Below, piece by piece: positions 1-8,569 of a DNA stretch of 64,000 nt (the first letter of the stretch is position 1; each line of letters begins with the position of its first letter). The notes under the pieces are model-generated. The model was not told where the DNA came from. It made no database searches and saw only the letters and a program-made list of their open reading frames with translations. The position numbers and the translations under genes were made by a program. Source of the stretch: Longispora sp. K20-0274 (lineage in GTDB: Bacteria; Actinomycetota; Actinomycetes; Mycobacteriales; Micromonosporaceae); assembly GCF_047121295.1 (NCBI RefSeq), contig NZ_CP139447.1, forward strand, positions 3,298,665-3,362,664, read 5' to 3'.

Positions 1-272
1 TGGAGGCCGTCGCCTACTTCGTGGTGTCCGAGGCGCTCACCAATGTCGCCAAGCACGCCCAGGCGACCAGGATCGACGTCAGCGCCGAGACGATCGGAGA
101 CCGGTTGTGGCTTGTGATCGCAGACGACGGCGTGGGCGGGGCCCGGCAGGAGAAAGGCAGCGGGCTGCGTGGCCTGGCCCAACGGGTCGGATCGGTGGAT
201 GGCAGGCTGAAGATCGACAGCCCGCTCGGCGGGCCCACCCTGATCGTCGTGGAGCTGCCATGCGCATCGTGA
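1..272 (+). CDS. Sensor histidine kinase, C-terminal HATPase_c fragment (NarL/LiaS-type); 5' end lies outside the window
   Basis: Translation ...VVSEALTNVAKHAQATRIDVS...DDGVGG...GSGLRGLAQRV matches the H-box-distal ATPase region of NarL-family kinases. The stop overlaps the start of the downstream response regulator. Confidence 0.75.
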   Translation, partial: EAVAYFVVSEALTNVAKHAQATRIDVSAETIGDRLWLVIADDGVGGARQEKGSGLRGLAQRVGSVDGRLKIDSPLGGPTLIVVELPCAS

Positions 273-901
273 TCGCCGAGGATTCCGTCCTGCTCCGCGA
301 GGGGCTGGTCCGGCTGCTGTCCAGCATGGGCATCGAGGTGGTGCGGGCCGTCGGGGACGCCGAGGCCCTGCTCGACGCCGTCGGCGAGCACGCGCCGGAC
401 CTGGCCCTGGTGGATGTCCGGATGCCGCCCTCGCACACCGACGAGGGGCTGCGCGCCGCGCTGGTGATCCGCCGGCAGTGGCCGAAGGTCGCGGTGCTGG
501 TCCTGTCGCAGTACGTGGAGGAGCGCTACGCCACCGAGCTGCTGTCGGGGGAGACCAGCGGGGTCGGGTACCTGCTCAAGGACCGGATCGCCGACGTGCT
601 GGAGTTCGCCGAGACGGTACGCCGGGTCGCCGGCGGCGGCACCGCCCTGGACCCCGAGGTGGTGTCCCAGCTCCTCGTCCGGCACCGCCGCGACCCGCTG
701 GAACGCCTCAGCCCCCGGGAACGCGACGTCCTGTCCCTGATGGCCGAGGGCCGCTCCAACTCCGCGATCGCCGCGGCGCTGGTGGTCAGCGACAGCGCGG
801 TCGCCAAGCACGTGAACAGCATCTTCACCAAGCTCGACCTGGCCACCGCCGACACGGACCACCGTCGGGTGCTGGCCGTCCTGAAGTATCTCCGAGCCTG
901 A
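260..901 (+). CDS. Two-component response regulator, NarL/LuxR family (REC + HTH_LuxR)
   Basis: MRIVIAEDSVLLREGL...DLALVDVRMPP (receiver domain with phospho-Asp context) and a C-terminal LuxR HTH (LSPRERDVLSLMAEGRSNSAIAA...). The ATG at 260 overlaps the kinase stop. Confidence 0.9.
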   Translation: MRIVIAEDSVLLREGLVRLLSSMGIEVVRAVGDAEALLDAVGEHAPDLALVDVRMPPSHTDEGLRAALVIRRQWPKVAVLVLSQYVEERYATELLSGETSGVGYLLKDRIADVLEFAETVRRVAGGGTALDPEVVSQLLVRHRRDPLERLSPRERDVLSLMAEGRSNSAIAAALVVSDSAVAKHVNSIFTKLDLATADTDHRRVLAVLKYLRA

Positions 902-913
902 GAAAGAGGAACC

Positions 914-1711
914 ATGTCCACCACCAGTCGCAGCGGTTGGCTGATCGGCGGCGCGGTGTTCACCGTCGCGGCCCTCGTGATCGGCGGCGTGACCCTGTGG
1001 TCCACCCTGCTCGGCGCGTCCGAGCCCGGCGAGGCCACCGAGAAGCAGACGTACCAGCAGGCGGTGACCCGGATCGAGCTGGACGTGGACCGGGGCGCCG
1101 TGACCCTGGTGGCCGGCGAGGCGGGCCAGGTGGCCGTGGAGCGGCACTTCCGCTGGTCGTCGGAGAAGCCGAAGGTCACCGAGCGCTGGGACGGCGGCAT
1201 CCTGCGGATCAGTACCGAGTGCACCGCCGACGAGATCAACATCGTCGGGCACGCGACGTGTGACGTGGACTACACCCTGACCGTGCCCGAGGGCGTCGAG
1301 ATCGAGGCGCACACCAACTCCGGGGCCGTGGTCAGCCGCAACCTGCTCGGCGCGCTGAAGCTGGGCAGCACGTCCGGCGACATCACGGTGACGAAGTCCG
1401 GCGGCGCGCTGCGGCTGGAGGCCACCTCCGGCAAGGTGCGGGCGTCGGAGCTGGGGTCGGCCGAAGTGGACGCGCAGGCCAGCTCCGGCGGGGTGGAACT
1501 CGCGTTCACCACGGCGCCGCGCAAGGTGCGCGCGGAGGCCAACTCGGGCGACGTGCGGGTCACGGTGCCCAAGCCCGACGCCTACCGGGTGGAGGCGCAG
1601 ACCAACTCCGGGCAGGAGTCGGTGACCGTCGCCCAGGACGGCGGCGCGACCCGGACGATCTCCGCGCAGACCAACACCGGCGACGTCGACGTGCGTTACC
1701 TGGCCGGCTGA
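914..1711 (+). CDS. DUF4097 (LiaG-like putative adhesin) membrane-anchored protein
   Basis: N-terminal TM segment followed by a repetitive beta-rich region (repeated 'TNSG/SGDV' segments) typical of DUF4097. It sits directly downstream of the two-component system, as in lia-type loci. RBS-like AAAGAGGA lies upstream of the ATG. Confidence 0.7.
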   Translation: MSTTSRSGWLIGGAVFTVAALVIGGVTLWSTLLGASEPGEATEKQTYQQAVTRIELDVDRGAVTLVAGEAGQVAVERHFRWSSEKPKVTERWDGGILRISTECTADEINIVGHATCDVDYTLTVPEGVEIEAHTNSGAVVSRNLLGALKLGSTSGDITVTKSGGALRLEATSGKVRASELGSAEVDAQASSGGVELAFTTAPRKVRAEANSGDVRVTVPKPDAYRVEAQTNSGQESVTVAQDGGATRTISAQTNTGDVDVRYLAG

Positions 1712-2454
1712 GTCGCCCGCAACGCGGTGGACAGATCGGCGAGCAGAGCCTTCTCCCCGGGTACCAGATAGAAGTGGTCGCCCGGCAGCACCCTCAACCG
1801 GAAGCCGCCCGTCGTCGCCGCCTCCCACGCGGCGGCGTCGGGCACGGCACAGCCCGGGTCGGCGTCCCCGGTGTAGGCCACGACCGGGGCGGACACCGTC
1901 CCGGTCGACGGCACGTGCGTCTCGATCAGCCGGTAGTCGGCCCGCAGCGCCGGCATGATCAGCTCCATGAGCTCGGGCATCTCGAACACGGCCGGCTCGA
2001 TCTCGCCCTGGCCGCGCACGTGCGCGATCAGCTCGGCGTCGGTCCGGGTGTGCAGCTCGGTGCGCGGCGCGTGGCCCGGGGCCTCCCGACCCGACACGGC
2101 CAGCAGCGCGGGGGTGACGCCGTGGTCGCGTTCGAGCCGGATGGTCACCTCGTGCGCGACCGACGCGCCCATGCTGTGCCCGAACAGCGCGACCGGCACC
2201 CCGCCGGCCACCAGTGGCAGCAGCGCCTCGGTGACCCGGTCGGCCATCTCGGTCATGTCCTCGATCAGCGGCTCGGTGAACCGGTCCTGCCGGCCCGGGT
2301 AGCGCACCGCCAGGGTCTCCACGTCGGCGGGCAGCCCGGCGGGCCAGGAGTGGAAGAACGTCGCGGTCCCGCCGGCGTGCGGCAGGCACACGAGGCGCAG
2401 CCCGAGGGGGGCCGTCGCGGGGTACCGCCTGAACCAGAGCTCCGTACCAGCCAT
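1696..2454 (-). CDS. Type II thioesterase (alpha/beta hydrolase, GrsT/TEII-like)
   Basis: LVCLPHAGGTATFFHSWP...GHSMGASVAHEV (GxSxG nucleophile elbow) and a C-terminal GDHFYL motif typical of editing thioesterases. The ATG at 2454-2452 was chosen because upstream in-frame sequence is low-complexity. Confidence 0.8.
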   Translation of the reverse strand: MAGTELWFRRYPATAPLGLRLVCLPHAGGTATFFHSWPAGLPADVETLAVRYPGRQDRFTEPLIEDMTEMADRVTEALLPLVAGGVPVALFGHSMGASVAHEVTIRLERDHGVTPALLAVSGREAPGHAPRTELHTRTDAELIAHVRGQGEIEPAVFEMPELMELIMPALRADYRLIETHVPSTGTVSAPVVAYTGDADPGCAVPDAAAWEAATTGGFRLRVLPGDHFYLVPGEKALLADLSTALRATQPAR

Positions 2455-2500
2455 GCCCCACACCCTAGACGGCGGAAACGGGGCTGCGGTGCGCCGGGGC

Positions 2501-3457
2501 ATGGTGCATGATCCGGTGCGCATACCGCCAAAAAGGGGAGTCACGTTGATCCGTACCGTCCGACCCGGCGAGCTCGACTCGTGCACCGACCTGGCCGGGG
2601 CCACCGGCGACCGCAACGTCGCGGCCCGGGCCACCCTGCGCGGCTACCTCGCCCAGGGCACGACGCGTCCCGAGTGGTGCTTCGTCGCCGAGGAGGACGG
2701 CCGGACCGTCGGGCACGTCGTGCTGTGGAGCACGCCCGGCAACGATGTGCCCCTCGACCTGATCCTCGTGGAGGCCGGCCCCGACGACACCGGCCGGGCG
2801 CTGCTGGACCACGCGGCGGAGTACGCGCGGGCGCACGGCGGCACCCGCCTGGGCCACGCCCTCGACCACCCCGTCGCCTCGGCGCACGCGTCCGTCGAGG
2901 AGCGGCGCGCGCTGCTGGAGTCCGCCGGGTTCAGCCTGGCCCGCGACGGGATGCGCTGGCGCTGGACGGCCGGATCCCCCGTGCCGGCGGACACCAGCGG
3001 GCTGCGCTGGGCGTCGATGCCCGAGGTCGGCCGGGAGGCGTTCGTCGACGCGCTCGAACACGTCGTCGTGGACACCGCCGACTCGTGGATCCGGCTGGAG
3101 ATCGCCGAGCACGGGGTGCGGCGCGCGGGGGAGATCCTGCTGGAGGGCTGCGAGGGGATGCGGCACGAGCCCGGGTGGTTCGAGATCGGCTACGCCGGCG
3201 ACTCCCCGGCGGCGGTCAGCCTGCCGGCCGCGAACCCGAACGTGTCCGTCCTCGGCTTCGTCGGCGTGACCGTCGGGCACCGGGGGCGCGGGTACGCCAC
3301 GGCCGTCGTCGCGCGCGGCACCGGCATCCTCGCCGCCGCCGGGGTCGCGGAGATCCGGGCCGACTGCGACCGGTTCAACCCGGCGATGGTGCGGGCGTTC
3401 CGGCGGGCGGGATACGAGAACTTCGTCAGCCGGTTGGACTACGCCAAGGCGCTGTGA
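2501..3457 (+). CDS. GNAT family N-acetyltransferase (two tandem GNAT-like halves)
   Basis: Acetyl-CoA binding-like segments (VGHVVLW..., GHRGRGYATAVV). The start is uncertain: a TTG at 2546 lies 7 nt after a GGGGAG RBS and may be the true start. Confidence 0.65.
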   Translation: MVHDPVRIPPKRGVTLIRTVRPGELDSCTDLAGATGDRNVAARATLRGYLAQGTTRPEWCFVAEEDGRTVGHVVLWSTPGNDVPLDLILVEAGPDDTGRALLDHAAEYARAHGGTRLGHALDHPVASAHASVEERRALLESAGFSLARDGMRWRWTAGSPVPADTSGLRWASMPEVGREAFVDALEHVVVDTADSWIRLEIAEHGVRRAGEILLEGCEGMRHEPGWFEIGYAGDSPAAVSLPAANPNVSVLGFVGVTVGHRGRGYATAVVARGTGILAAAGVAEIRADCDRFNPAMVRAFRRAGYENFVSRLDYAKAL

Positions 3458-3513
3458 GCGCACCCGGGTCGGCCCCGACCCCGGGGCGGGCGCGCCCACG
3501 CCCGCTCCGGGGC

Positions 3514-4128
3514 TCACCCCAACAGGGCGAGCATCTGTTGGATCTGGGCCGTGCGGGACTGGTCGATCCGGGCCGCCAGTTCCCGGGCCCGCCGGTCCGC
3601 GCCGGCGTTGGTCTCCATCCGGGCCACCTGGATCGCGTCGTCCTGGTGCGCGATGAGCATGTTCAGCAGCCCGCGCTCGAACTCCACCCCGGACTTGCGG
3701 GCCAGGGCCGCGATCTCGCCCTCGGTGGTGCCGGGCATGCCGCCGTGCGCCGCGTGCCCGTTCGGGTCGCCGGTCAGCGGCTGGCCCCACCCGGTCAGCC
3801 AGCCGGTCATGGTCTCGCGTTCGGCGGCCTGGGTGACCACGATCGCCGCCGCCAGGTCCTTCAGCTCCTGGCGCACCGGCCGGTCCCGGGCCAGGCCGGC
3901 GATCTCGATGCCCTGGTGGTGGTGCGGAAGCATCATCTGCAGGAACATCACGTCGGTCTCGTTGTACGGCCCGTCGGTCACCCGGTGCGTGCCGGCGGCG
4001 GTCGGGGTCGGCGCGGCGGCCGGCGCGCCCTGGCAGCCGGCGAGGAGCGCGAGGCCCACGGCGAGCGCGAGAAGTGCCCGGGGGGTGCGGGGCCGCCCCG
4101 CACCCCCCGGAATCAGACGGCCAGCCAC
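3514..4128 (-). CDS. DUF305 domain lipoprotein (CopM-like, two DUF305 repeats)
   Basis: Two repeats of the DUF305 signature (MMLPHHHQGIEIAG...; MLIAHQDDAIQVARM...). A GTG start at 4128 gives a lipoprotein signal ...RALLALAVGLALLAGC (lipobox LAGC). The start overlaps the stop of the LPMO gene by 16 nt. Confidence 0.6.
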   Translation of the reverse strand: MAGRLIPGGAGRPRTPRALLALAVGLALLAGCQGAPAAAPTPTAAGTHRVTDGPYNETDVMFLQMMLPHHHQGIEIAGLARDRPVRQELKDLAAAIVVTQAAERETMTGWLTGWGQPLTGDPNGHAAHGGMPGTTEGEIAALARKSGVEFERGLLNMLIAHQDDAIQVARMETNAGADRRARELAARIDQSRTAQIQQMLALLG

Positions 4129-4997
4129 AGGGCCGGCACGTTCGGCGGTTCCCAGCCGACGATCGCGGTGTGCGGCTGCCGGCAGGTGTAGCTCACGCCG
4201 TTGTAGGTGACCCGGTCGCCGGTCTTGTACGCCGTCCCGGCCTTCCACGTCCCGCCCGGCTGGCCGGTCGGCGAGACGGTGGGCGAGGGGCTCGGTGACG
4301 CCGTGGGTGACGGCGACGGCGACGGTGACGGTTTCGGGGACACCGTGGGGGAGGGCGACGGGCTGGGCCCGCCCCCGCCGAAGTCCACGTCGGAGCAGGT
4401 GTAGAAAGCCTCGTTGCTGTACTGGACGCGCTGCCAGATCGAGTAGATCAGGGCCCGCCCGGTGCGGGGCGGGATCGGCAGGGTCCAGCTCGTGAAGGTC
4501 GTCGGGTTGACGTTGGTGAAGCTCTTGAGCAGCACCAGGTCCGACCACTTCAGCGGCATGGTCGGGTTCCAGCCGTCCCGGGTGATGTAGAACTCGAAGT
4601 TGCTGCCGGCGTGCGGCGCGGTCGCGTGGTAGGTGACCGTCAGGTTGCCGGCGGAGATCTGCTTGGCGGGCCAGTCGTCGCGGGCCAGGTCCAGGCCCCG
4701 GTACTTCTCCCGCCCGGCGCTGCACAGCTTGCCGTCCGGGATCAGCTCGCGGTGCCGGCCGCCGGCGTCGATCAGCGACACCTCGTTCCAGTCGTAGAAG
4801 GCCTGGGTGCCGCCGGCGGCGACGGCGGCCTTGCACGCGGCGGAGGTCGGGTTCTCCGGGCCCTCGTTCTTGCAGGTGTACACCCGGCTGGCCGGGTCGG
4901 ACATCGAGCCGTGCGCCTCGGCGACGCCGCCGGGCAGCAGGGTGGCCGCCACCAGCGCGGCGGCGAGGGACAGGGTGATCGCGTGTCGTCGTCTCAT
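4113..4997 (-). CDS. AA10 lytic polysaccharide monooxygenase (LPMO) with Pro/Ser-rich linker and C-terminal CBM5/12-like chitin-binding module
   Basis: Signal peptide ...GGVAEA|HGSMSDPASRVYTC places His1 at the mature N-terminus (copper histidine brace). Conserved AA10 core, a (SP)n linker, and C-terminal ...YKTGDRVTYNGVSYTCRQPHTAIVGWEPPNVPALW. AGGAGA RBS sits 6 nt upstream. Confidence 0.8.
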   Translation of the reverse strand: MRRRHAITLSLAAALVAATLLPGGVAEAHGSMSDPASRVYTCKNEGPENPTSAACKAAVAAGGTQAFYDWNEVSLIDAGGRHRELIPDGKLCSAGREKYRGLDLARDDWPAKQISAGNLTVTYHATAPHAGSNFEFYITRDGWNPTMPLKWSDLVLLKSFTNVNPTTFTSWTLPIPPRTGRALIYSIWQRVQYSNEAFYTCSDVDFGGGGPSPSPSPTVSPKPSPSPSPSPTASPSPSPTVSPTGQPGGTWKAGTAYKTGDRVTYNGVSYTCRQPHTAIVGWEPPNVPALWLAV

Positions 4998-5237
4998 GGA
5001 GGTGTCTCCTCGGGTGAGGGGATGAGCCGGGTGGTTCCGGCTCCCCGAGCGCTATTAGGAAGGAGTCCTAATAGTTAGTTCGTGGGGTGACGATAACTCC
5101 TCGACCCGGGGTTCGGGAATAGTTGACACATCCGTGCGGCTCGATCGGCCGGATGTGGCCCGCGTCACGGGGAACCTTCCGGGGGCCGGCCCCCTCCTGG
5201 GGTGGTGAGAGCACTCATCACCCCAGGGAGCCCACCC

Positions 5238-6572
5238 ATGCACCACAGACGACTCGGCACGGCGGTCGGCGCCGTGCTGGCGACCGACGCCCTCTTCCAC
5301 GGGTACTGGACCACCGGCGCCACCTGGCCCGCCCCCGACGCCCGCACCCTGTCCTACGCCGTCCTCGGCGCCGTCGACGTGCCGTTCACGCCCCGGGTGC
5401 TGCTCCCGCTGATCGGGGCCCTGCTGCTCGCGGCCGGCTGCGTCGTCGCCCGGTCCCGCGACCGGGGCGGGTGGGTCACCCGGTGGGGCACCCTGCTCGT
5501 CGCCACGGGACTGCTGGTCCGGGGCGCGCTGGGCGTCGCCTGGTGCTTCGGGCTCGGCGTCGAGCCGCCGTTCTTCTGGATCAACCTGGTCCTCTACACC
5601 CCACTGTGCCTGGTGGCCGGGTGCGCCACGTTCGCCGTCGCCCGGGTGCCCCGCTGGGCGGCGGTCGTGCCCGCCGTCCCGCTGCTGCTGGTCGCGGCCC
5701 TGCTCAGCGGCGCGTACGGCTGGGCCCCGCCCGAGCACCGCGAGTACACCGCCCCGGACGGCGCCAGCTACGTCGACACCCCGCTCGCCCGGTTCCACTA
5801 CGAGCGGGAGGGCTCCGGCCCGCCCGTCGTCCTGCTGTCACCGGGCGCGGCGTGGACGTACGCGTGGCGGCCCCAGGTCGCGGCGTTGCGTGCCGCGCAC
5901 ACCGTCTACGTCGTGGACCTGCCCGGGCAGGGCTTCACCACCGCGCACGACCGGGGCCTGACCTGGGACCTGGACGGCATGACCCGGGCGGTCGGCTCCT
6001 TTCTCGACGCGATGGCGCTGGACCGGGTCGCCCTGGCCGGCAACTCGTGGAGCGGCGGCTGGGCGCTGCGGTACGCGCAGCTGCACCCCGACAGGGTCGG
6101 CTCCCTCGTCCTGCTCGCCCCGTCCGGCCTCGCGGAGAAGGACCCGCGCTCCTGGGAGCTGATGAAGTACCCGGTGCTCGGCGAGCTGCTGGCCGACGCG
6201 GGTGCCGCCTCCCGCGACAGCACCGCCCGGGGGGTGCGCGCGCTGTTCGCCCACCCGGAGCTGGCCACGGACGAGGTGGTCGACGCGATGTGGGCGCCCA
6301 ACACGTTCGCCGACAACCGCGCCGCGATGTACCGGCTGGAGCGTGGCCTCGACTGGCGGGTCACCGAGGCCGCGCTGCCCGGCACGGCCACCCCGACGCT
6401 GGTCGTGTGGGGGGACAGGGACACCGTGCTGCCCGTCGCGCGCGCGGCCAGGTTCGGCGCGCTGCTCCCGCACGCCGAGGTCCGGGTCCTGGACACCTGC
6501 GGGCACGCGCTCACCCTCGACTGCGCGGACCGGGTGTCGGCGCTGATGGCAGACTTCCTCCGTGATCACTGA
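5238..6572 (+). CDS. Membrane-anchored alpha/beta-fold hydrolase
   Basis: N-terminal ~190 aa with several hydrophobic TM segments, then an alpha/beta hydrolase domain (VVLLSPGAAWTY..., GNSWSGGWAL nucleophile elbow, catalytic His near the C-terminus ...CGHAL). GGGAG RBS lies 8 nt upstream of the ATG at 5238. Confidence 0.7.
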   Translation: MHHRRLGTAVGAVLATDALFHGYWTTGATWPAPDARTLSYAVLGAVDVPFTPRVLLPLIGALLLAAGCVVARSRDRGGWVTRWGTLLVATGLLVRGALGVAWCFGLGVEPPFFWINLVLYTPLCLVAGCATFAVARVPRWAAVVPAVPLLLVAALLSGAYGWAPPEHREYTAPDGASYVDTPLARFHYEREGSGPPVVLLSPGAAWTYAWRPQVAALRAAHTVYVVDLPGQGFTTAHDRGLTWDLDGMTRAVGSFLDAMALDRVALAGNSWSGGWALRYAQLHPDRVGSLVLLAPSGLAEKDPRSWELMKYPVLGELLADAGAASRDSTARGVRALFAHPELATDEVVDAMWAPNTFADNRAAMYRLERGLDWRVTEAALPGTATPTLVVWGDRDTVLPVARAARFGALLPHAEVRVLDTCGHALTLDCADRVSALMADFLRDH

Positions 6573-7053
6573 CCGGGGCCCCGCGCTGGTCCGGGCCGCG
6601 CAGGGCGGCGACACCCTGGCCATGGCGGACCTGCTCGACGAGCTGACCCCGTACGTCGCGCGGATCTGCGGGGGCATCGCGCTCGGCGGCGGGGCGGACG
6701 CGGCGCAGGAGACCCTGATCGTGGTGTTCCGTACCCTGAAGAGTCTCCGGGATCCGCAGGCCCTGCGCGGCTGGGTGCGGGTGATCGCCGTCCGCGAGGC
6801 GGTCCGGGTCGCCCGGCAGAACGCGCGCGCCGTGCCCGCCGAGCTGCCCGACCGGGGCACCGCGCACCTCGCCGCCGACATCCGGGCCGTCCTCGCCGGA
6901 CTCAGCCCCGAGCACCGCGCGATCCTGGTCCTCCGCGACCTGGAGGGCCTGGACGAACAGGCCACGGCGGACCTGCTCGCCGTGTCCAAGGGCACCGTCA
7001 AGTCCCGGCTGCACCGCGCCCGGGCCAGCTTCCGGAAGGCGTGGACGTCATGA
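6562..7053 (+). CDS. ECF (sigma-70 family) RNA polymerase sigma factor
   Basis: Region 2 (LLDELTPYVARIC...) and region 4 HTH (ILVLRDLEGLDEQATADLLAVSKGTVKSRLHRAR). The GTG start overlaps the stop of the upstream hydrolase. Confidence 0.8.
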   Translation: MITDRGPALVRAAQGGDTLAMADLLDELTPYVARICGGIALGGGADAAQETLIVVFRTLKSLRDPQALRGWVRVIAVREAVRVARQNARAVPAELPDRGTAHLAADIRAVLAGLSPEHRAILVLRDLEGLDEQATADLLAVSKGTVKSRLHRARASFRKAWTS

Positions 7054-7505
7054 CAGCGCAGTGGCCGACGGCCGACCTCGACCCGGTCCAGCGGCTCCGG
7101 GCCCTCACCGCCGGGGTGCGCGGCGCGGTCGTGATCGAGCAGTTCTTCGACGCGTCCTTCGAGGACGTGTGGACCGTGATGTCCGACCTGGAGGGCGGGT
7201 TCGGGCACTTCCAGCCGGACATGTCCCGGGTCACGGTCACCGCCCGCGACGGCGACCGGGTGACGGCGCTGGCCCGGAGCAGGTACGGCTTCCGCGCCCG
7301 GCTCGACGGCGTGCTGCGGCCCGGCTGGTGCTGGCTGCAGAGCCGCTTCGTGATCATCGGCATGGCGGCGACCCCGACCGCCTCCGGGGGCACGCACGTC
7401 GCGCTGACCGGCGGCCTGCGGATCCCCGGCCGGGCCAGGGTCGTTCCCTGGGGTGCCCGTCGCGAGCTGCGCCGGGCCGCCGACCGGCTCGCCGACCTGG
7501 TGTGA
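7050..7505 (+). CDS. SRPBCC (Bet v1/polyketide-cyclase-like) family protein
   Basis: ~150-aa protein with an SRPBCC-like pattern (VIEQFFDASFEDVWTVMSDLEG...). Its ATG overlaps the sigma factor stop as ATGA, indicating translational coupling. Confidence 0.5.
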   Translation: MTAQWPTADLDPVQRLRALTAGVRGAVVIEQFFDASFEDVWTVMSDLEGGFGHFQPDMSRVTVTARDGDRVTALARSRYGFRARLDGVLRPGWCWLQSRFVIIGMAATPTASGGTHVALTGGLRIPGRARVVPWGARRELRRAADRLADLV

Positions 7506-7547
7506 GGCCCGGCTCCCCCTGGGCGGGGAGCCGGACCGGTCGGCCGG

Positions 7548-8456
7548 TCAGCCGCAGAACACCGGGGTCGCGTGCGCCGGGTCCAGGGCGTTGGTCACGT
7601 GGTGCAGGGCGGTCGGGCTGAACGCCATCGCCACGTGCTCCGGGAACGCCACGAGGCAGGAGTCCTGCACGACCAGGTTGGTCACGTTCGCCCCCGACAG
7701 CTGCTGGGTGCGCCACGGCGTGACGACCTGGTCGTACCAGGTGGAGATGACCGTGTACCGCACCCCGGCCACGGTGTCCCCGCCCGCGTTGAGCTGCGTC
7801 ATCGTCGCCGACCCGACCACCTGGTCCTGGCAGGCCGGGCAGGCGGTGTAGACGAGCTGGGCGACGCCGGGGAAGTAGTCGGCGAGGTTGGCGATGCCCG
7901 ACAGCGTGGTGCCGTGGTTGCTGGGCGCCAGCCCGACGAGCTTGTCGACCTTGGCCGCGCCGCCGAGGAACTTCAGGTAGTACCGGGGCATCATGCCGCC
8001 CTGGGAGTGCCCGACGATGTCCACCTTGGCCGCGCCGGTGCTCGCGCGCACCCGGTCCACGAAGGTCGCGAGCTGCGCGGCCGACGCGGCCACCGGCTGC
8101 AGTCCGCCGATCGGGAGCACGATGCCGCTCCCGGTCGAGGTCCAGCTGTCACCGGTCAGGCCGTAGGTGAGGGCGTAGACGCAGTAGCCCCTGCTCTTGA
8201 GCAGCGGGGACAGCACGAGCCAGTTCTCGTACTGGTTGGCGAACGTGCCGTGCACGAGCACCACCGGGTTGGGGTGCGCGGCACTCGGCCGGCAGGACCA
8301 GTCGTTCGCGCCGGGCGGGTCGGCCACCTGGCTGTCGGTGCCGTCGGCGGCCGCCGCGGAGGCGGGCGCGGCCGAGGCGGGCGCGGCCGTGCCGAACAGC
8401 AGGCCGGTGGCGAGGACGGCGGCGGCGAGGAGGGGACGAAGGCGGGTGAGGGGCAC
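7548..8456 (-). CDS. Secreted lipase/esterase (alpha/beta hydrolase, Streptomyces-type lipase)
   Basis: Sec signal MPLTRLRPLLAAAVLATGLLFGTAAPASA, GHSQGG nucleophile motif, and paired cysteines. GTG start with GGAGG 5 nt upstream. Confidence 0.8.
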   Translation of the reverse strand: MPLTRLRPLLAAAVLATGLLFGTAAPASAAPASAAAADGTDSQVADPPGANDWSCRPSAAHPNPVVLVHGTFANQYENWLVLSPLLKSRGYCVYALTYGLTGDSWTSTGSGIVLPIGGLQPVAASAAQLATFVDRVRASTGAAKVDIVGHSQGGMMPRYYLKFLGGAAKVDKLVGLAPSNHGTTLSGIANLADYFPGVAQLVYTACPACQDQVVGSATMTQLNAGGDTVAGVRYTVISTWYDQVVTPWRTQQLSGANVTNLVVQDSCLVAFPEHVAMAFSPTALHHVTNALDPAHATPVFCG

Positions 8457-8569
8457 TGTTACCTCCGGGAATTCAGATGTTTACTGGTGGGTAACGTTGT
8501 GCCTCCCAGGATGGGTTCTCGCCCGCGACCGGAGGCTGGGACTCTCACCAGACCTGAGCGGGGGTTGTT

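Noticed and set aside
14-2461. 815-aa minus-strand ORF spanning the two-component system and thioesterase genes
   Set aside because: The translation is Arg/Gly/Ala/Pro low-complexity, typical of antisense frames in 72% GC DNA. It overlaps well-supported genes on the opposite strand.
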